A stretch of DNA of 64,000 nucleotides, taken from contig CM068746.1 of NCBI GenBank assembly GCA_035084275.1, forward strand, positions 15,934,001 to 15,998,000, read 5' to 3'. This DNA is from Hydrolagus colliei (lineage: Eukaryota). Made by a program: the position numbers and the translations under genes. Shown piece by piece: positions 11,458 to 24,752 of the stretch (positions are counted from its first letter, which is position 1; the number at the start of each line of letters is the position of its first letter). The notes below the pieces were generated by a model, which was not told where the DNA came from, made no database searches, and saw only the letters and a program-made list of their open reading frames with translations.

Positions 11458-11559
11458 GTGCAACTGTTCGACTTCCTGTCAGGATCATCTGAAACTTTGG
11501 AAAACTCGTTGATCTCAGTCCCCGCTTCTCCTTCCGATAAATATCCAGTCAATTCTAAG
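11458..11559 (+). CDS. PARPBP: PARPBP coding exon 3
   Basis: gctag|GTG...AAG|gtgag. 102 nt, VQLFDFLSGSSETLENSLISVPASPSDKYPVNSK, vs human SQLLDFLSG...SIPTSPTSKY. Confidence 0.92.
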
Positions 11560-11996
11560 GTGAGCTCAAAATATTTGGGCGAGTAACTTTATACCGTGTA
11601 TTGTTTTTGAATGGAGATCTTGTAAAATACAGAAAAGCCCTGTTATAAGTTGTTTCCTTGCAATGGAAATTAAATTAGGCATTTGCTAAACATGTGGGTA
11701 GCAGTTCCATTGACTTCCTTTATACCATCAACATTACCCACTAAAATGGCTGACTGGGCCACTACAAATGCCATTTCACAAATAGTGATGTCAGAGGAAA
11801 CGAGAGGTTGGTCATTTTATTTTCACTTGCAGTAAAAATGGCCGACATCCATATCTCGTATTGCCAGCTGTGTGTTTGGTGGGGTGGGGGTGCACATTTC
11901 ACAGCTCTAACCTTGCTATAGAGATGCATGTTATAATGGGCCTGCACTATATCTCCCTTTTAAACAATACTCCATTTGCGGCTTCAGGAAAGTATA

Positions 11997-12322
11997 CGCT
12001 AAAACCTCGATAATCCCGCACGGTTTGGCCTACTCACCTCCTCGGTGTTTGCCGGTATTTAGAAACCTACCTCGAAATGGCTGGGGAAGCCCCTCCCCAT
12101 ACACCACATGTGCTGTAAACACAGTACTGAGGCAAAACAGTGTCCGAGCTCCACCCACAGCGCCGGGTGACAGAGAGGCCACGCCGTGAACTCCAGTCTC
12201 CCATGAACTTCTGGAGATTTGCCGGACATCAGAAAACATCCAATACTGTTTGTATTTTTGAAGTCTTGCCGGTTTTAGGGAGTTGCCAGCTTTCAGAATG
12301 TTAGATTATCAAGGTTTTACTG
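11997..12322. mobile_element. Second Tc1/mariner-type MITE family
   Basis: TA|cgctaaaacctcgataatc ... gattatcaaggttttactg|TA imperfect TIRs. Confidence 0.65.
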
Positions 12323-12436
12323 TATCACATTCTCACAACCCTTTGTGTGAAGAAATGTTTTCTAACTTGAAACCAGCTCAACTCTAATTTCATGTTCATG
12401 TCTCCTTGTTTTGGATCCTTCAACCAGAGGTGAGAG

Positions 12437-12480
12437 TTGTCTCATTCAAATTGTCTCATTCAAATTGCCTCATTCAAATT
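12437..12480. repeat. 14-bp tandem repeat (ttgtctcattcaaa) x3 within an old CR1-like fragment
   Basis: Direct inspection. Confidence 0.85.
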
Positions 12481-13439
12481 TCCCCTTAACCTTCTCAGAT
12501 CTGGTGAAATTTATCCAAATTCTCACTAGCTAAAGCTCTTCATTTAGGTATTAACCAAGTGAACAGTTGTTACAAGCCCTCCCTGCCCTATTGTTTCTAC
12601 AGTTGGGTGTCCAAACTGAATATATTACTCTAAGTGAAGTCTAATCAGAACTGCAACAGCACTTTTCCTTTGTAGTCCAGACTACTTTATAAATCCTAGC
12701 GTCCCATTGACTTTTTGATTGCTCTCCGCACCTGGGAGCCAGCATTTAATGCCTTCTGTACTTAAATACGTTTGTTAATCTACCCCATCCGCCATCCCCT
12801 TTAGAATGTATTCACATCTCCCATTATACCCTCAAAGGGCACTACCTCGCCACTTTTCTGTGTCCAAATCTGGCTAACATGAATAAAGAATATCAGTAAT
12901 TGATCATCTAAATCTAACAGAACAAAAACTGAGAGCAACTAGTTTTTTTTAATGCAAATCAGTTTATTTGGTTTTATTTTCTTCACTAGTCAGAAAATAC
13001 ATTCAATTGAAGGTCAAGTACAATTGCTCTGAACCTATTAAAGAATATCTGAAATGGAGTTGGGCCGAGCTGTTAGAGTTCTGGAAGTCTCTGCTTTATG
13101 CTGCCATTGCGAATATGTTATTGACAAAAAACTATAGTTCTGGAGTTGAGACTTCTCATGACAGCAATAAGGAAAGCTTGATAATATCGCACTGGCAAAG
13201 TGTGCAGGGTGGTGTGCCACTTACTGAACTCTCTCTGGTTTGCCTGTATGGACCAGCAAATATGGAGTCTTTGGATTCCATCACAGTTTTAATAATGCTT
13301 AATAACCAACTGCTGTTCATTTAGCTTCAGCAGCTGCTTTGGATTAAATCAACAATAGCAAAAGGGAAATAATCGTCTCCTCCACAGGTCATGTCCCTGT
13401 AAGCCCTACTTGATGGCTTCTTTTCCAGCCCCTGCAACA

Positions 13440-14370
13440 TTCATATGTAGCATTCCTCAGGATTCTGTCCTGTTCCTCTCCATCTAAATGCTTGGTGGCA
13501 TCATCCGCAGACATGGGATTAATTTCCAAATGTATGCAGATGACACCCAACTCTATCTCTCTGCCTCCACCCTCGACTCTAGGACCACCCCCGTCTTAAT
13601 GGATTGTCTATCAGACATCAAGTCCTGGATGAGAGGTAACATGTTCCAATTGAATGTTAACAAGACCGAGCCCTCGTGCTTAGCTCCCATCAGGGCCTTT
13701 CATGCCATGAAGATGTCCCAAGGCACCAGCCAGGTAGTGTTTCGGATCCAATATAGGGTTGGAATCGGGTCAGGTGTAGGGAAGATGGGGGGAGAAGGAG
13801 ATGACTGATGGCACGGTCAAAGAGGTGGGATTTGAAGGAGGCTAGGGAGGGGGCAGATGGCAGAAGGCTCGCGCCGATTGTGGGGCGGGTGGTTTGAGAG
13901 ATGTGGAGCAGGCTGGAGCCCACTGAGTGGAGTGAGCGGACAGGTTGGTAGGGGGTTAGGTGGTTGCAGAGGTAGGGTGGGGCAATGCCATGGAGAACCT
14001 TGAAGATGAGGACCAGGATCGTGAATTGAATCCTCTGAGTGATGGGAAGTGGAGTTGGGTGCTCCCGACGTGAAAGGCGCTATATAAATGTAAATTGTTG
14101 TTGTTGTTGTTGGGTGAGAAGGGGGGTGATAGATTTGTGGAGCCTGGTGTGGGAGAGGACATGAGCCGCACAGTTCTGGATGATCTGCAGCCTACGGAGG
14201 GAGGAATTAGTGAGGCCGATAAGCGAGGGAGTTGGCATAGTCGAGCCTGGACATAATGAACGCATGAATGATCCTAACCACCAGCTCGGGTGTGGTTACT
14301 CGAATGTCCAGCACCTTGGGACGTCCGCCCAATGTGAAAGGCCCTACAACAAATGTAATTTGTTGTTGTT
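13440..14370. mobile_element. Cluster of L2 fragments: + strand RT piece (YADDTQLY, ~13440-13700), - strand 3' piece (~13705-14280), and two short + strand tails
   Basis: ORF 13488 contains IIRRHGINFQMYADDTQLYLS; ORF 14207(-) contains HAFIMSRLDYANS; tails end in (ttg)n. Confidence 0.85.
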
Positions 14371-14606
14371 GGAGAGGTGAAAATAAATGATCTCTTCTGT
14401 TACGTAATCCTTCAGTGTACACTTGGTAATAATACAAACTCTCCTTTTCTTTAACATTGTCCAGAAAAGAATAAGAGCTTCTGATTTAGATTTGAGATGC
14501 AAAGTTAAGTAGTAGTATCAAATCTGAAAAAGTTAAATGGCCGATTTGATCATACAATAGTTGAATATTGCATTAACATTTTTGTGTTACTTTTTTTTTG
14601 CTGCAG

Positions 14607-14777
14607 TTGGCAATGATGGTGAAGAAGCTCCTCTGTGGTTATTTGAACTTACTGGTGAACTCAAAGAGTGATCTAGCTTTGGCATATGTGTTCAACAGCC
14701 CTGACCGAGGACTTGGAAGGAATGCCTTCACTGATCTCCGACATGCAGCACAAAGCAAACAGACCTCTCTATTCTTG
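14607..14777 (+). CDS. PARPBP: PARPBP coding exon 4
   Basis: ctgcag|TTG...TTC TTG|gtaaa. 171 nt, includes YLNLLVNSKSDLALAYVFNSPDRGLGRNAFTDLRHAA. Confidence 0.96.
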
Positions 14778-16542
14778 GTAAACGAGCAAGTTGGAACTCT
14801 TTCGCAATCTTAACTAGTTAAATTGACACAGTTCTAATTAAAGCCGCTAAGACTGTGGCAATTTGCCAAGTACTCCATGTGAATCCCAGATTTTATACGC
14901 TTTTTGTTAAATGGGTAAATAACAATATCATGTATCCATTTTTCTGCTGATCACTTTGTTTGGTAGAAAGGTTTTTTTTAAAAAAAAGGAGTCTTCCACT
15001 GTGCCTAACTTATGTTATTTTCAGGGTAATGTGGAATACTGAAACAACATGCCTAGCACCAAGTCAAGCAATCCTAACCTTTGGCAGTAGCACAAGCATA
15101 GAATGGGATTCATTTTTTTTATTACTCCAATGTTTTACCCTTCCAGTGGGTGACGCTTTTCATCTTCTGAAAGCTTTAAAAATGCTGTTCAGTCAGAAGA
15201 CAGTAAATTTGTATAGTTGAGTGTTAATGTCACTGAGCACTGATGTTGGGGAGTGCTGGATTTGGCAGCCAGCACTCTTACATCATCAGGCTTCATTTTG
15301 TAGCACGAGAGAGCCCCAGAGTAAGGCGCTCAGAAAGCTCCATGAAACATAATAATAATCCTTGCATTTTGATATAGCACTTTTCATATCTTCTAGACAT
15401 CTGAAAACGCTTCACAGAATATACTATGAAGTGAATTGACTGTATATTTGTAGGCGAAATGCGACAAAAAAGAAATTTAAACTTTTTAAAAAATCTCTGC
15501 ATTTTAAGACATCATGAGGAAAGGCTCATAAATATAATTTTCACAAACCTACTGAGGCATTTCTTTATCGTGAATTTGGAGCTAAAAATAATCCTAACAT
15601 GATTTATTGTAGACAAGTGAAATGGATTTTAATTATTTATTTATGTAGCATTTACTATAAAGGAACTTGCTTAAAATATTGATATAATTGTCGGATGCTA
15701 TAAATTTTGAATGATCTATATAACTACGCGTTCGTTGCCAATTAACTAGTGTCATTGTGTGTTTTCCAAACCAATTTCTGAAAATCTGACTTGAACTTCG
15801 TATTGTCTACACCGGGGTTGTCCAACATTTTGCCTGCTGAGGGCCAGGTGCCCTATTTGAGAAACATCCAGGAGTGACATAGGCAATATTTTTGGGTTTC
15901 CCTTCAAGAAAGGGTAACCTGTCATTAACAGATTATCAATCAATCAAATCAAAACTTACATTTATATAGTGCCTTTCACGTCGAGAGGACATCACAAGGC
16001 ACTGTACAGTCAGATAGGGACAAGAGCAGGGGGGTGGGGGGGTGGGGAGGGGCAGGACGAAGAAGGGTAGGAAAATTGACTGCATATTTGTGGGAGAAAC
16101 ATGAAGTTATGAAGGGAGTGAGTGGGCCAGATTAAATGGGGGGAGCTGGATGAAATAAACTCCCAGGCCACCAGTTAGACCACTCTCCTCTGCTCTATTC
16201 AGCCTCCATGTACAAACAAGAATTGTCATTATCCTGGGGATGAATTAACGCCGGGAGAATTCTCCCTTTTAAGCACACACAATACTGACTCAGTTTGCGC
16301 TTAATTTAAGCACAACTCCAAAATTGTCTCTCAGATGATGGTCCAGCCAAAGACGAAACGGCCATCAGCAAGATTATTGTAATGGATGCAACCATACAAA
16401 CCATTATTAACTATGGCAATTCAGTTTTGACTTGTCATCTTCTGTGCTCAACACTGGCCTAAAGGTGTAAGGTTTGAAGAAACCAAAGTTTCTTACTTGT
16501 ACACAGAGGTTGAATAAATTAGAAATTGGGTTTTGCTGTCTA

Positions 16543-16851
16543 ACAATAATCATTGCATTTGATATACCACTTTCCAAGTCTTATAAACTTCTCAAAGCGT
16601 TTCACAGAATATACTGTAAAGTGAATTGACTCTACATTTCTGGTTGAAACGCAGCAGCCAATTGCGCACAGCAGTGTCCCACAAACAATCTTGGATTGAA
16701 GTGGCCACATTATTATTATTTTTTCTTGATGGATTATTATCAGGCATGTAGAGCAAGGAAACTTGCCCAAGGTTTTGCACTGTCTGGAACCAAACTCAGG
16801 TCGTTCGCTTGGGAGGCGAGTGCTCTAATCACTGAGCTACAGGACTCCACA
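16543..16851 (-). mobile_element. tRNA-headed Deu-type SINE
   Basis: Reverse complement of the family consensus, head through tail. Confidence 0.87.
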
Positions 16852-17176
16852 GTTACTTATCAACCATACTGGAGTGTCAACATGGTTTTCCTTATGTTTC
16901 TCATGTTTCTTCTGGAACATAGGAACAGGAGTAGGCCATTCAGCCCCTCAAGCCTGTTTCAGCATTCTATTAGATCATGGCTGATCTGTACCTCAACTCC
17001 AATTACACACCTTTACCCCATATCCCTCATGCCTTTATCTGGTTTGATTAGTTATGATTGGAAATGTATTTTGTTTATTGCATATTTCAGTATTCTTCCT
17101 ATCACTTGAAGTCTCAATTCTGCCCCCCAAGGAAAGTGCACAGTTACAAAATAAGACCTGAGTGGGGAAAGATATG

Positions 17177-18140
17177 GACAACAACAACAAAATTACATTT
17201 ATAGAGAGCCTTTCATGTTGGGAGGACATCTCAAGGCACTGAACTGTTAGGTCGGGAGGTGGCGGGAGGAGTGGAGGGGGGTGGGGGAGGCGGGGAAGGA
17301 GAGTAGGAAAGGGGGGGAGTGAGGAGGCAGCAGAAGGCACGGACGAAGAGGAAGGTCTTGAGACCGGCCATGAAGGAGGAAAGGGAGGAGGCAAGGCAAA
17401 GGGATTGCGGGATAGAGTTCCAGAGTGTGGGGGCAGAGAGGCTAAAAGCCCGGCCACCGATGGTAGGGTGGTGTTGGTGGGGGACGTGGAGCAGATTAGA
17501 GCCTGCTGAATGGAGGGGATGGGCAGGCGGATAGGGAGACAGCGGGTCGGAGAGATAGGCGGGGGCAAAGCCGTGAATGACTTTAATGGTGAGGACGAGG
17601 ATCTTGAATTCGATCTTCTGGGGGATGGGAGCCAGTGGAAACGGGCGAGGGTGGGAGTGATGTGGTCGTGGAGCCTAGTGGGGTGGGGGGGAAGAATACA
17701 CAATCTGCAGAATTCTGAATAATCTGCAGCTTGTGAAGGAAGGTCGACGAGGAGAGAGTTCCCGTAGTCGAGCCTTGATGTGATGAATGCCTGGGCGAGT
17801 GTTTTGGCAGCAGTATGGGGGGTGAGGTAGTGGCGGAGTCTAGCAATATTGCGGAGGTGGTAGGACCAGTACTGGTCATGGAGCGGATTTGGGGGAGGAA
17901 GGACAGTTCTGGGTCTGCCCAGATTCCTGACTGGGTTTGAGAGATGGAGAGTACAGCCTTGGATGCTGATATTGCCAGCGCCTGAATTGCGGAGGCGCTG
18001 ACGCGAGCCTATCAGGAAGGTCTCTGTCTTTTGGATGTTTAATTGGAGGAAGTTGTCCCTCATTGAGGACTCAATGTCGGTCGGACATGCAGTCAGAACG
18101 TCAGTGGTCCTGGAGTCGAGGGTGGAAGCAGAATGGTAGA
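17177..18140 (-). mobile_element. L2 LINE 3' fragment (~1 kb)
   Basis: ORF 17035(-): NFLQLNIQKTE...RNLG...LRNIARLR...AFITSRLDYGNS...HWLP; tail (ttg)n. Confidence 0.92.
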
Positions 18141-18230
18141 GTGCTAAGGATGCAAGATTGAACCTTGTTTCAAAGAATGAGGAAGGCTATGGCTACTGTC
18201 ATTTAATTTATGTTTTACTTTACCCTCTAG

Positions 18231-18385
18231 GCTGTAACATCCTTTGTTCGGAGTCTAGAGCTGGGAGGAAAAAGCTATGATCCTTCAGCAGAAGCTCCAC
18301 TTAAACAGCATGTTAAAGGACTTTTAGAATTTGTGCATTTCATAGATACATTACAAGAAATACTGGGAGAAACTGCAGACTCCAG
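18231..18385 (+). CDS. PARPBP: PARPBP coding exon 5
   Basis: ctctag|GCT GTA ACA...TCC AG|gtaac. 155 nt, AVTSFVRSLELGGKSYDPSAEAPLKQHVKGLLEFVHFIDTLQEILGETADS. Confidence 0.95.
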
Positions 18386-19209
18386 GTAACTCCACTTTCT
18401 TTTGTGCAATAAGAACTAACTCAATACATTTTTTTCAACAAGAAAGTACACGATAGTAACTTTGGCAAATGTAATGGCGTTGAACAATTTAATTGTAAAA
18501 CTTGGAAATGTAGGATGCCATTATATGGAAAATAGCTATATTTCCCTTTGTGTGAATGCGCTTGCTTGTTCTACAACAGAACTTCAAAGTGAATGAGTTA
18601 TTGTAACAATTAGCACAAGAAAGAAAATCAGCACAAATTTAGGTTGAAATTAAAGGAATGAAAGTTACTTAATTTCTAAATGTTTTAAACATTTGAATAG
18701 AAATTTAAAGTGAACCACTGTTACTTTGTAAATTCTTATTTCAACTGAAATAAATCAAAAAGGGTTTAACTTGCAATGAAAGTTTAAGACACATAGTTAA
18801 TTCTGAAGTCTATGAATGGGAAAGTATTTCAGATAAAAAGTAGACAATTTCTTAAAGATCTTTAATTATAGCCTAGAGCCTTAGTTGTACCTACAAAAGA
18901 ACTAGAAAAAAAGTGTTTTTTTTATGGGTGAGTTGCCAATCTGAAAATGCTGATCTTACTATTAACTGGAAATTGAAGAAGTCACTTGTTCTTGGAATGA
19001 AAATTTAGCAGCTGCTGAATTTAATGCATGTTCTTTAATTTCCTGAAAATTATAAGAGTACAATCAATCAGCTGTCTCACATGATTAAATTTGTGGCAAC
19101 TAACATGGATATAATTGGTAATGAGTTGCATTTACAGTGAATTATATTCTTTAGATTTGCTCAGTTACATATCTTTATCATTGCATTTTCAATCTATATC
19201 ATAGATATA

Positions 19210-20502
19210 GAGCAGTTTCCACCCTGCCCACAGTACAGAGACTGCGCTCGTGAAAGTCACAAATGACGTCCTCTCTATCTGTGACCAGGGCTCCCTCTGT
19301 CTCCTTCTCCTCCTGGACCTGTCCGCTGCATTCGACACAGTCGACCACGCCATCCTCCTCCACCGCCTGTCCTCCGCCATCCACCTCAGTAGGACCGCAC
19401 TCGCCTGGTTCGAGTCCTACCTCACAAACCGCCAGCAGTACATCCCCACAAACGGCTTTTCCTCTCACACTTGCCCAGTTACGTGTGGGGTACACCAGGG
19501 ATCCATCCTTGGCCCCCTCCTCTTCCTCATCTATATGCTCCCTTTTGGGGATGTCATCCGCAGACATGGGGCACACTTCCACATGTATGCAGTTGACACG
19601 CAACTCTATTTCTCCACTTCACTTTGCGACCCCCAGTCCCCAAATGTTCTGTTAGCCTGACTGTCATACATCAAGAGCTGGATGAGCGCAAATTTCTTGC
19701 AGCTGACGGAGGCTTTGACTCTCGTCAACGTCTCCATTCACATGGCTCACTCTCATCTCCTCTGCCTTTCTGGTCTCCCACTGAAACTCTCCGAACCTGT
19801 GCGCAACCTTGGCATCAGGTTCAACCCCCAACTGTCCTTCCTCCCCCACATCTGGTCCCTCACCAGCACCGGTTTCTTCCACCTCTGACGGATTGCCCGT
19901 TTCCGGCAATACCTCACCCCAAAAGCCGTTGAAACCTTGGTTCACGCCTTCATCGCCTTATGGCTGGACTATTCAAATGGCCTCCTCGCCGGTTTCCCCT
20001 CCACCACAATCCATAAAATCCAACTCATCCAAAACTTTGCTGTCCGCATACTCATCTGCACCAAACTTCGCTCCTCCATTACCCCAGTCCTTGCCAGACT
20101 TCACTGGCTCCCTATCTCAGAGAGGATCGACTTCAAGATCCTCATCCATGTTTCCAAATCCCTCCACTCTTCTGCATCCCCCCTACCTCCCTGACCTCCT
20201 CTCTCCTCAAACCAGCTCCACCAGGTCTGGCCTCCTCCATGTCCCCGAATCCTCCACTCCACCCTCGGCGGCCGGGCCTTCAGCCACTATGCCCCGAGAA
20301 TTGGAATTCCCTCCCTCACTACCTTCGTCTTGCCCCCTCTTTTGTCAGTTTCAGGTCCCAGCTGAAGACCTTTCTCTTTGACTGCGCCCTTGGTCACCTT
20401 TCTACCCCTGCCTCTGGATCGGTCCCGGGATCCGCTATTGTGAAGCGCTCAGAGACGCCATCCGGCGTGGAGGGCGCTATATAAATCAAAGTTATTGTTG
20501 TT
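19210..20502 (+). mobile_element. L2 LINE, 5'-truncated, frameshifted RT
   Basis: LLLLDLSAAFDTVDH, GVHQGSILGPLLFLIY, LHWLPI motifs; tail gagggcgctatataaat...ttgttg. Confidence 0.93.
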
Positions 20503-22221
20503 TATATAGGTACATCAAGCCTCATCCTTAAGCCTCTTAAGGCAAAGGGAAAATATTTTTCATGTGTGGGTTGTCAAGTTTCTGAGTAGAAGTGCCAGAG
20601 GAGATAATGATGGGGGCAGAGAAGAAAGTTAAATTTAATTAAATTTAAATTTTTGACATTAAATTTAATGTCGAATTTCCCATTGCTTGTCTTGTGAGGA
20701 CTACTCTACCTGTTTGGGCTTTGGGTTACAGGGATAGCAGGAGCCCAGTGGGAACAATCTCTGCTCCCAGTGATGGGTCGCCCTACCCAATCCCTGATGA
20801 TAAGCCAGGATAGCTGGTCTGCCATTAGCAGGGTCCAGGAATACCCTGGATCTGCCAGGTGTTGATCCAGTTCCCTTTTGAAAGCACCTAGACTGCTACA
20901 CAAGGTTAACTAGATTCTGACATTCCATTAGCAAAGCATGTCACTGCGGAGCTCAGCTCAATGGGGATGCCATTTAATTCCCCTCACCCCCGCCTCCCTG
21001 GATCATTGCTCATTTGAAATCTAAAATCCACCTCAGTGGACCACAGATACCAGGAAGCCTAACATATATATGTGTGTATGAGAGGGTTGCCATCAATTTC
21101 CTGCTCACAGCTCAGGCTCTTTTTAATCCTTTCAGCCCAATTTACTTTCCCCCATATCCCTGTAGTTTAAACCCCTTTCTAGGTATTTATATAGCTCCCT
21201 TTTGAAAGCATATATGGGTTCTGCCTCCACCACCTCTCCTGGCAGGACATTCCGTATCCTAATTACTATGTGGATGGAAACAAATTCTCCTAACTTCCTC
21301 ATTATGCTAGTTACTGTATCTTTAATTGATGCCCTCTAGCACAGTGTAAAAGGACTGCCACTTTCTCAGGTATACAGCCACTACATGCTATGAAATGCAA
21401 GGTTTACTTAGTATATCCTCCTAGGTTTCTCATTCCACAAACTTTCCTCATGGGAGAAAACACTCGATAGTTTAAAGCCATCAAATACAACTTTCTCTGT
21501 TCAAACACTGTTCTTTTAATAAGTACAACATTCTTATACTCCTAATTCTCAATCATTGTTAATTCCTATTCCTCCTCCAAGAACTCCTAGTGGTTAAGTA
21601 ATCCTGCCACTTTCACTGTATATTTGGCCATACTTTTCCTTTAAAACTTTTTTCCCCCAAGAGTGATGGGTTAAATTTGTGTTTTTCTTAAAAATGTCAA
21701 ATCAATTTATCTGGGGAAATGGTGCTCTATCCCAAGATGTGTTTTGTTTTTGGGTGGGGGGAGGAGGTGAAAGCTCAATCTGTTTCTCATTCAGCAAATT
21801 TTATTTTTTACAATTTCTCATTTGGTCCAAATTTGACATTTTGAGGGCCAGAGACATTCTAATCAATTTGGATAGTTTAAACCTCATTTCCCCAATCCTA
21901 CACACACAAAATGTTTGACATTTATGGTTGGCCAACAATATAAATTGTGTTGATTCAATATTTCTTGATTTATACTATAAATCACGTTTAGGTAGGGGGA
22001 TGGAGTGCTCCTTCTTCACAGGCCACAAGTTGGCCAACTGTACTTTGAAGTTAAAGTTAAATGTAGACACAGGTGGAATTTCTGCCCAAATCTTTCTAAA
22101 CTGTAGATGACAATAGAAGCGATGCAAAACAATTGCTCTGCAACTGAGTTCAATCCTGTACAAAGTGACAGTCAGTTGCTGAGGAACAACACACGGGTAA
22201 CATCACTATGTTTGTTGCCAG

Positions 22222-22405
22222 TATTGCAGGGGGTCGAATTCTTACTGTGATCAAGACGCGGTTGCTAAAAGGCCATGGCTGTGCGAGCCCACTCTGTCTC
22301 GCTGCAGAGGAAGCCACACGAGAGCTAAGAACGAGGATTAACAATATTATCAATTGCCAGCATGAAGCCAGAGACGGAGGAGCTACAGGCATCAGTCCAG
22401 CACGG
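22222..22405 (+). CDS. PARPBP: PARPBP coding exon 6
   Basis: gccag|T ATT GCA GGG...GCA CGG|gtaaa. 184 nt, IAGGRILTVIKTRLLKG...GISPAR, vs human IAGGQILSVIKMQLIKG...DISPAR. Confidence 0.95.
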
Positions 22406-23416
22406 GTAAATCGGTCCTCGATCTCACACTGATTTCCTTTAGATGGTGACCAATCTTTCATCTGCATTTGATATTTGTGCGCTAGAGATTAGAGTTAATC
22501 CCCTGATTAAAGCAAAAGGCAAGATGTACTGGTAATGTTGTTTCTATTTGTAATGCAACAAAAGAATCTTCACTTAGTGACTGACATAGCTCTGGGCACA
22601 AATTGCAGTATTGAATTTCAGATTCCCAGTTGGAGTCTCCCTAATGCTATCCAAAAAATGTATTCACTTAAATTACTCATGCAAACTTCATTTCATGTTG
22701 AGTTCAAACCAAATGCTAAATTTCTCTTTTCACCCCAGGCACATTTTCTATGGTTGCTGTAATCTTGATTTTTTTTTGCATTTTAAGTGACATCATCCTG
22801 CTTCATTGCCACTCATAATTAGTTTGTTTTTCATATTTTAATAGTTCTACAGACTTTGGATTGACAATCTAAAATCTTTGAAAGTAACGAGTTGGGAATG
22901 CGGGATAAAAACAGTATTAGAAATGCAATACAAACTGGGCTCCAATTTGATGTGGTAATTATCTCTCGAAGCCTCAAAGGATGTGACTAAACTGTGTTCA
23001 ACCATGTTTCTTAACGGTCAATGCGCTGTTAGCCATTAAATGCATAATAGACCTGGACTGTTTTAAATCATCATTTTCTTTTAACTGTAATTTAATTATC
23101 TTTAATTAGTTAAAATTGACACTTGCTTAACTTGTTTAGGTAAATTGAGGGATTGCAATTTGCGCACAATATATCTGCTAGGTTTTGTTTTCTCTCTGGC
23201 CTCAACAATGTTTAGGTATAAATGGAAAACCATCCATTTGCGCTGCTGTTCTGCAATGCACATTACTGTACATGGTTTTGCAATAAAAACACTTTTCGTT
23301 TAGATTAGCTTTAAGAAATTTTGGCCACAAAATGCAGCAATGCCACTTGATTATATATATCTTGCGAAGCTCTTTGAGACATCCTCCTGACAAAAGAGGT
23401 ACTACATCAAATGCAG

Positions 23417-23731
23417 GTGGAATCCTGTAGCTCATTGGTTAGAGCACTCGCCTTGCAAGCAGGAAACCTGGGTTCGACACCAGGCAGGGCAAAACCATGG
23501 TCAAGTTTCCTTTCTTCACACACCTGATAATCCCTCAAGAAAACAAAGCAAAAATAAATTGGTCACTTCAATCCCCGACTGTTTGTGGGACACTGCTGTG
23601 TGCAATTGACTGCTGCATTTCACCCACAAATATACAGTCAATTCACTTTACAGTATATTCTGTGAAGCGCTATGAGACAGCTACAAGACATGAAAAGCAT
23701 TATATCAAATGCAAGAATTATCCTTTTATTA
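23417..23731 (+). mobile_element. tRNA-headed Deu-type SINE (followed by an inverted partial copy at ~23830-23990)
   Basis: Family consensus. Confidence 0.87.
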
Positions 23732-24062
23732 TTAATATTTTACATAATGTACAATTAAACATAATACGAAAGAGTGTTCTTCCTCTCATAAAGCCCTTCA
23801 GCAACGTGGTTTCATGTGGTAAGGATAATACTAATCCTTGTCGTTAATATAGCGCCTTATCACCTTATCCCAAACTACTTCACAGAATATACTGTAAAGT
23901 GGGACAACTGTATTTTGTGGGTGAAATGCAGCAGCCAATTGCGCACCGCAGAGTCCCACAAACAGTCGTGGAATGAATAACCCAATTCTTTATTTTTTTT
24001 TGGTGGGGGGAGAGGAATGGATGGATGATGATGTTAACTTGTCTATGTTTTTAAATTGTTAG

Positions 24063-24241
24063 CCTAGATTTCATGCTATCAACCATGCCTCAGCATATGG
24101 TGGTAGGGATACTGTGAAAGCATTCCTCGCTCTGATAGACGAGGAGGCAGTGAATCATCCAAGCAGAAACAAAGCTGAGCTGCTGCAGGGAACAGAGCAC
24201 CACAATGTGTTAGGAATGCCGTGTATGCTAACTCTCTTCAG
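24063..24241 (+). CDS. PARPBP: PARPBP coding exon 7
   Basis: tgttag|CCT AGA TTT CAT...TTC AG|gtatt. 179 nt, PRFHAINHASAYGGRDTVKAFLALIDEEAVNHPSRNKAELL...LTLFR. Confidence 0.95.
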
Positions 24242-24667
24242 GTATTGATTCGAAGCGTTTCATTATTGAATTCTGAAGAACAACTTGTGCGTAATAAAGA
24301 TACATAATGGAGCCAGGGGGAAGTGGGGAGATGACCGTAAGCAAGGTCAAAGAGGAAGGTCTAAAGGAGCAATCTGAAAATGGGAAAGAAGAGGGGCAAG
24401 ACAGAGAGGTTGAGGGAGAGATGGATAGGGTCGCAGGGTGCAGCGGCTGAAATGAGAAACGCAGTGGGTAAGGGACATGCGGGAAGCCGGAGCCAGCTGA
24501 GGCATGGGGAATAAGCCATGTCAGAGAAGTAGAGAGGTGCTAGAACATGAAGGGATCAGTAGACAGACCAGTGTGAGGATCAATTGATCTTTCCATATTT
24601 TAATATACTGTTGTACTATGTCTCCACTTTAAGTAAAGCATATTCAATAATGTTATTTTAATTGTAG

Positions 24668-24752
24668 ATCTCCAGAGCAGCCTAGTGGCTCATCTCCAAA
24701 GTCTTTGCGCAATCGTGTTCAAAGCAGAATCCGTGAAGGAAAAGACATTAAG
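24668..24752 (+). CDS. PARPBP: PARPBP coding exon 8
   Basis: ttgtag|A TCT CCA...ATT AAG|gtacc. 85 nt, SPEQPSGSSPKSLRNRVQSRIREGKDIK; phases fit both neighbours. Confidence 0.9.

Noticed and set aside
12437-12480. Short direct repeats considered as a CRISPR-like array
   Set aside because: Contiguous 14-bp tandem copies with no spacers, in a vertebrate intron.
17035-18063. 342-aa ORF, the longest in the window
   Set aside because: Frameshifted, 5'-truncated L2 reverse-transcriptase remnant, not a host gene or an autonomous element.
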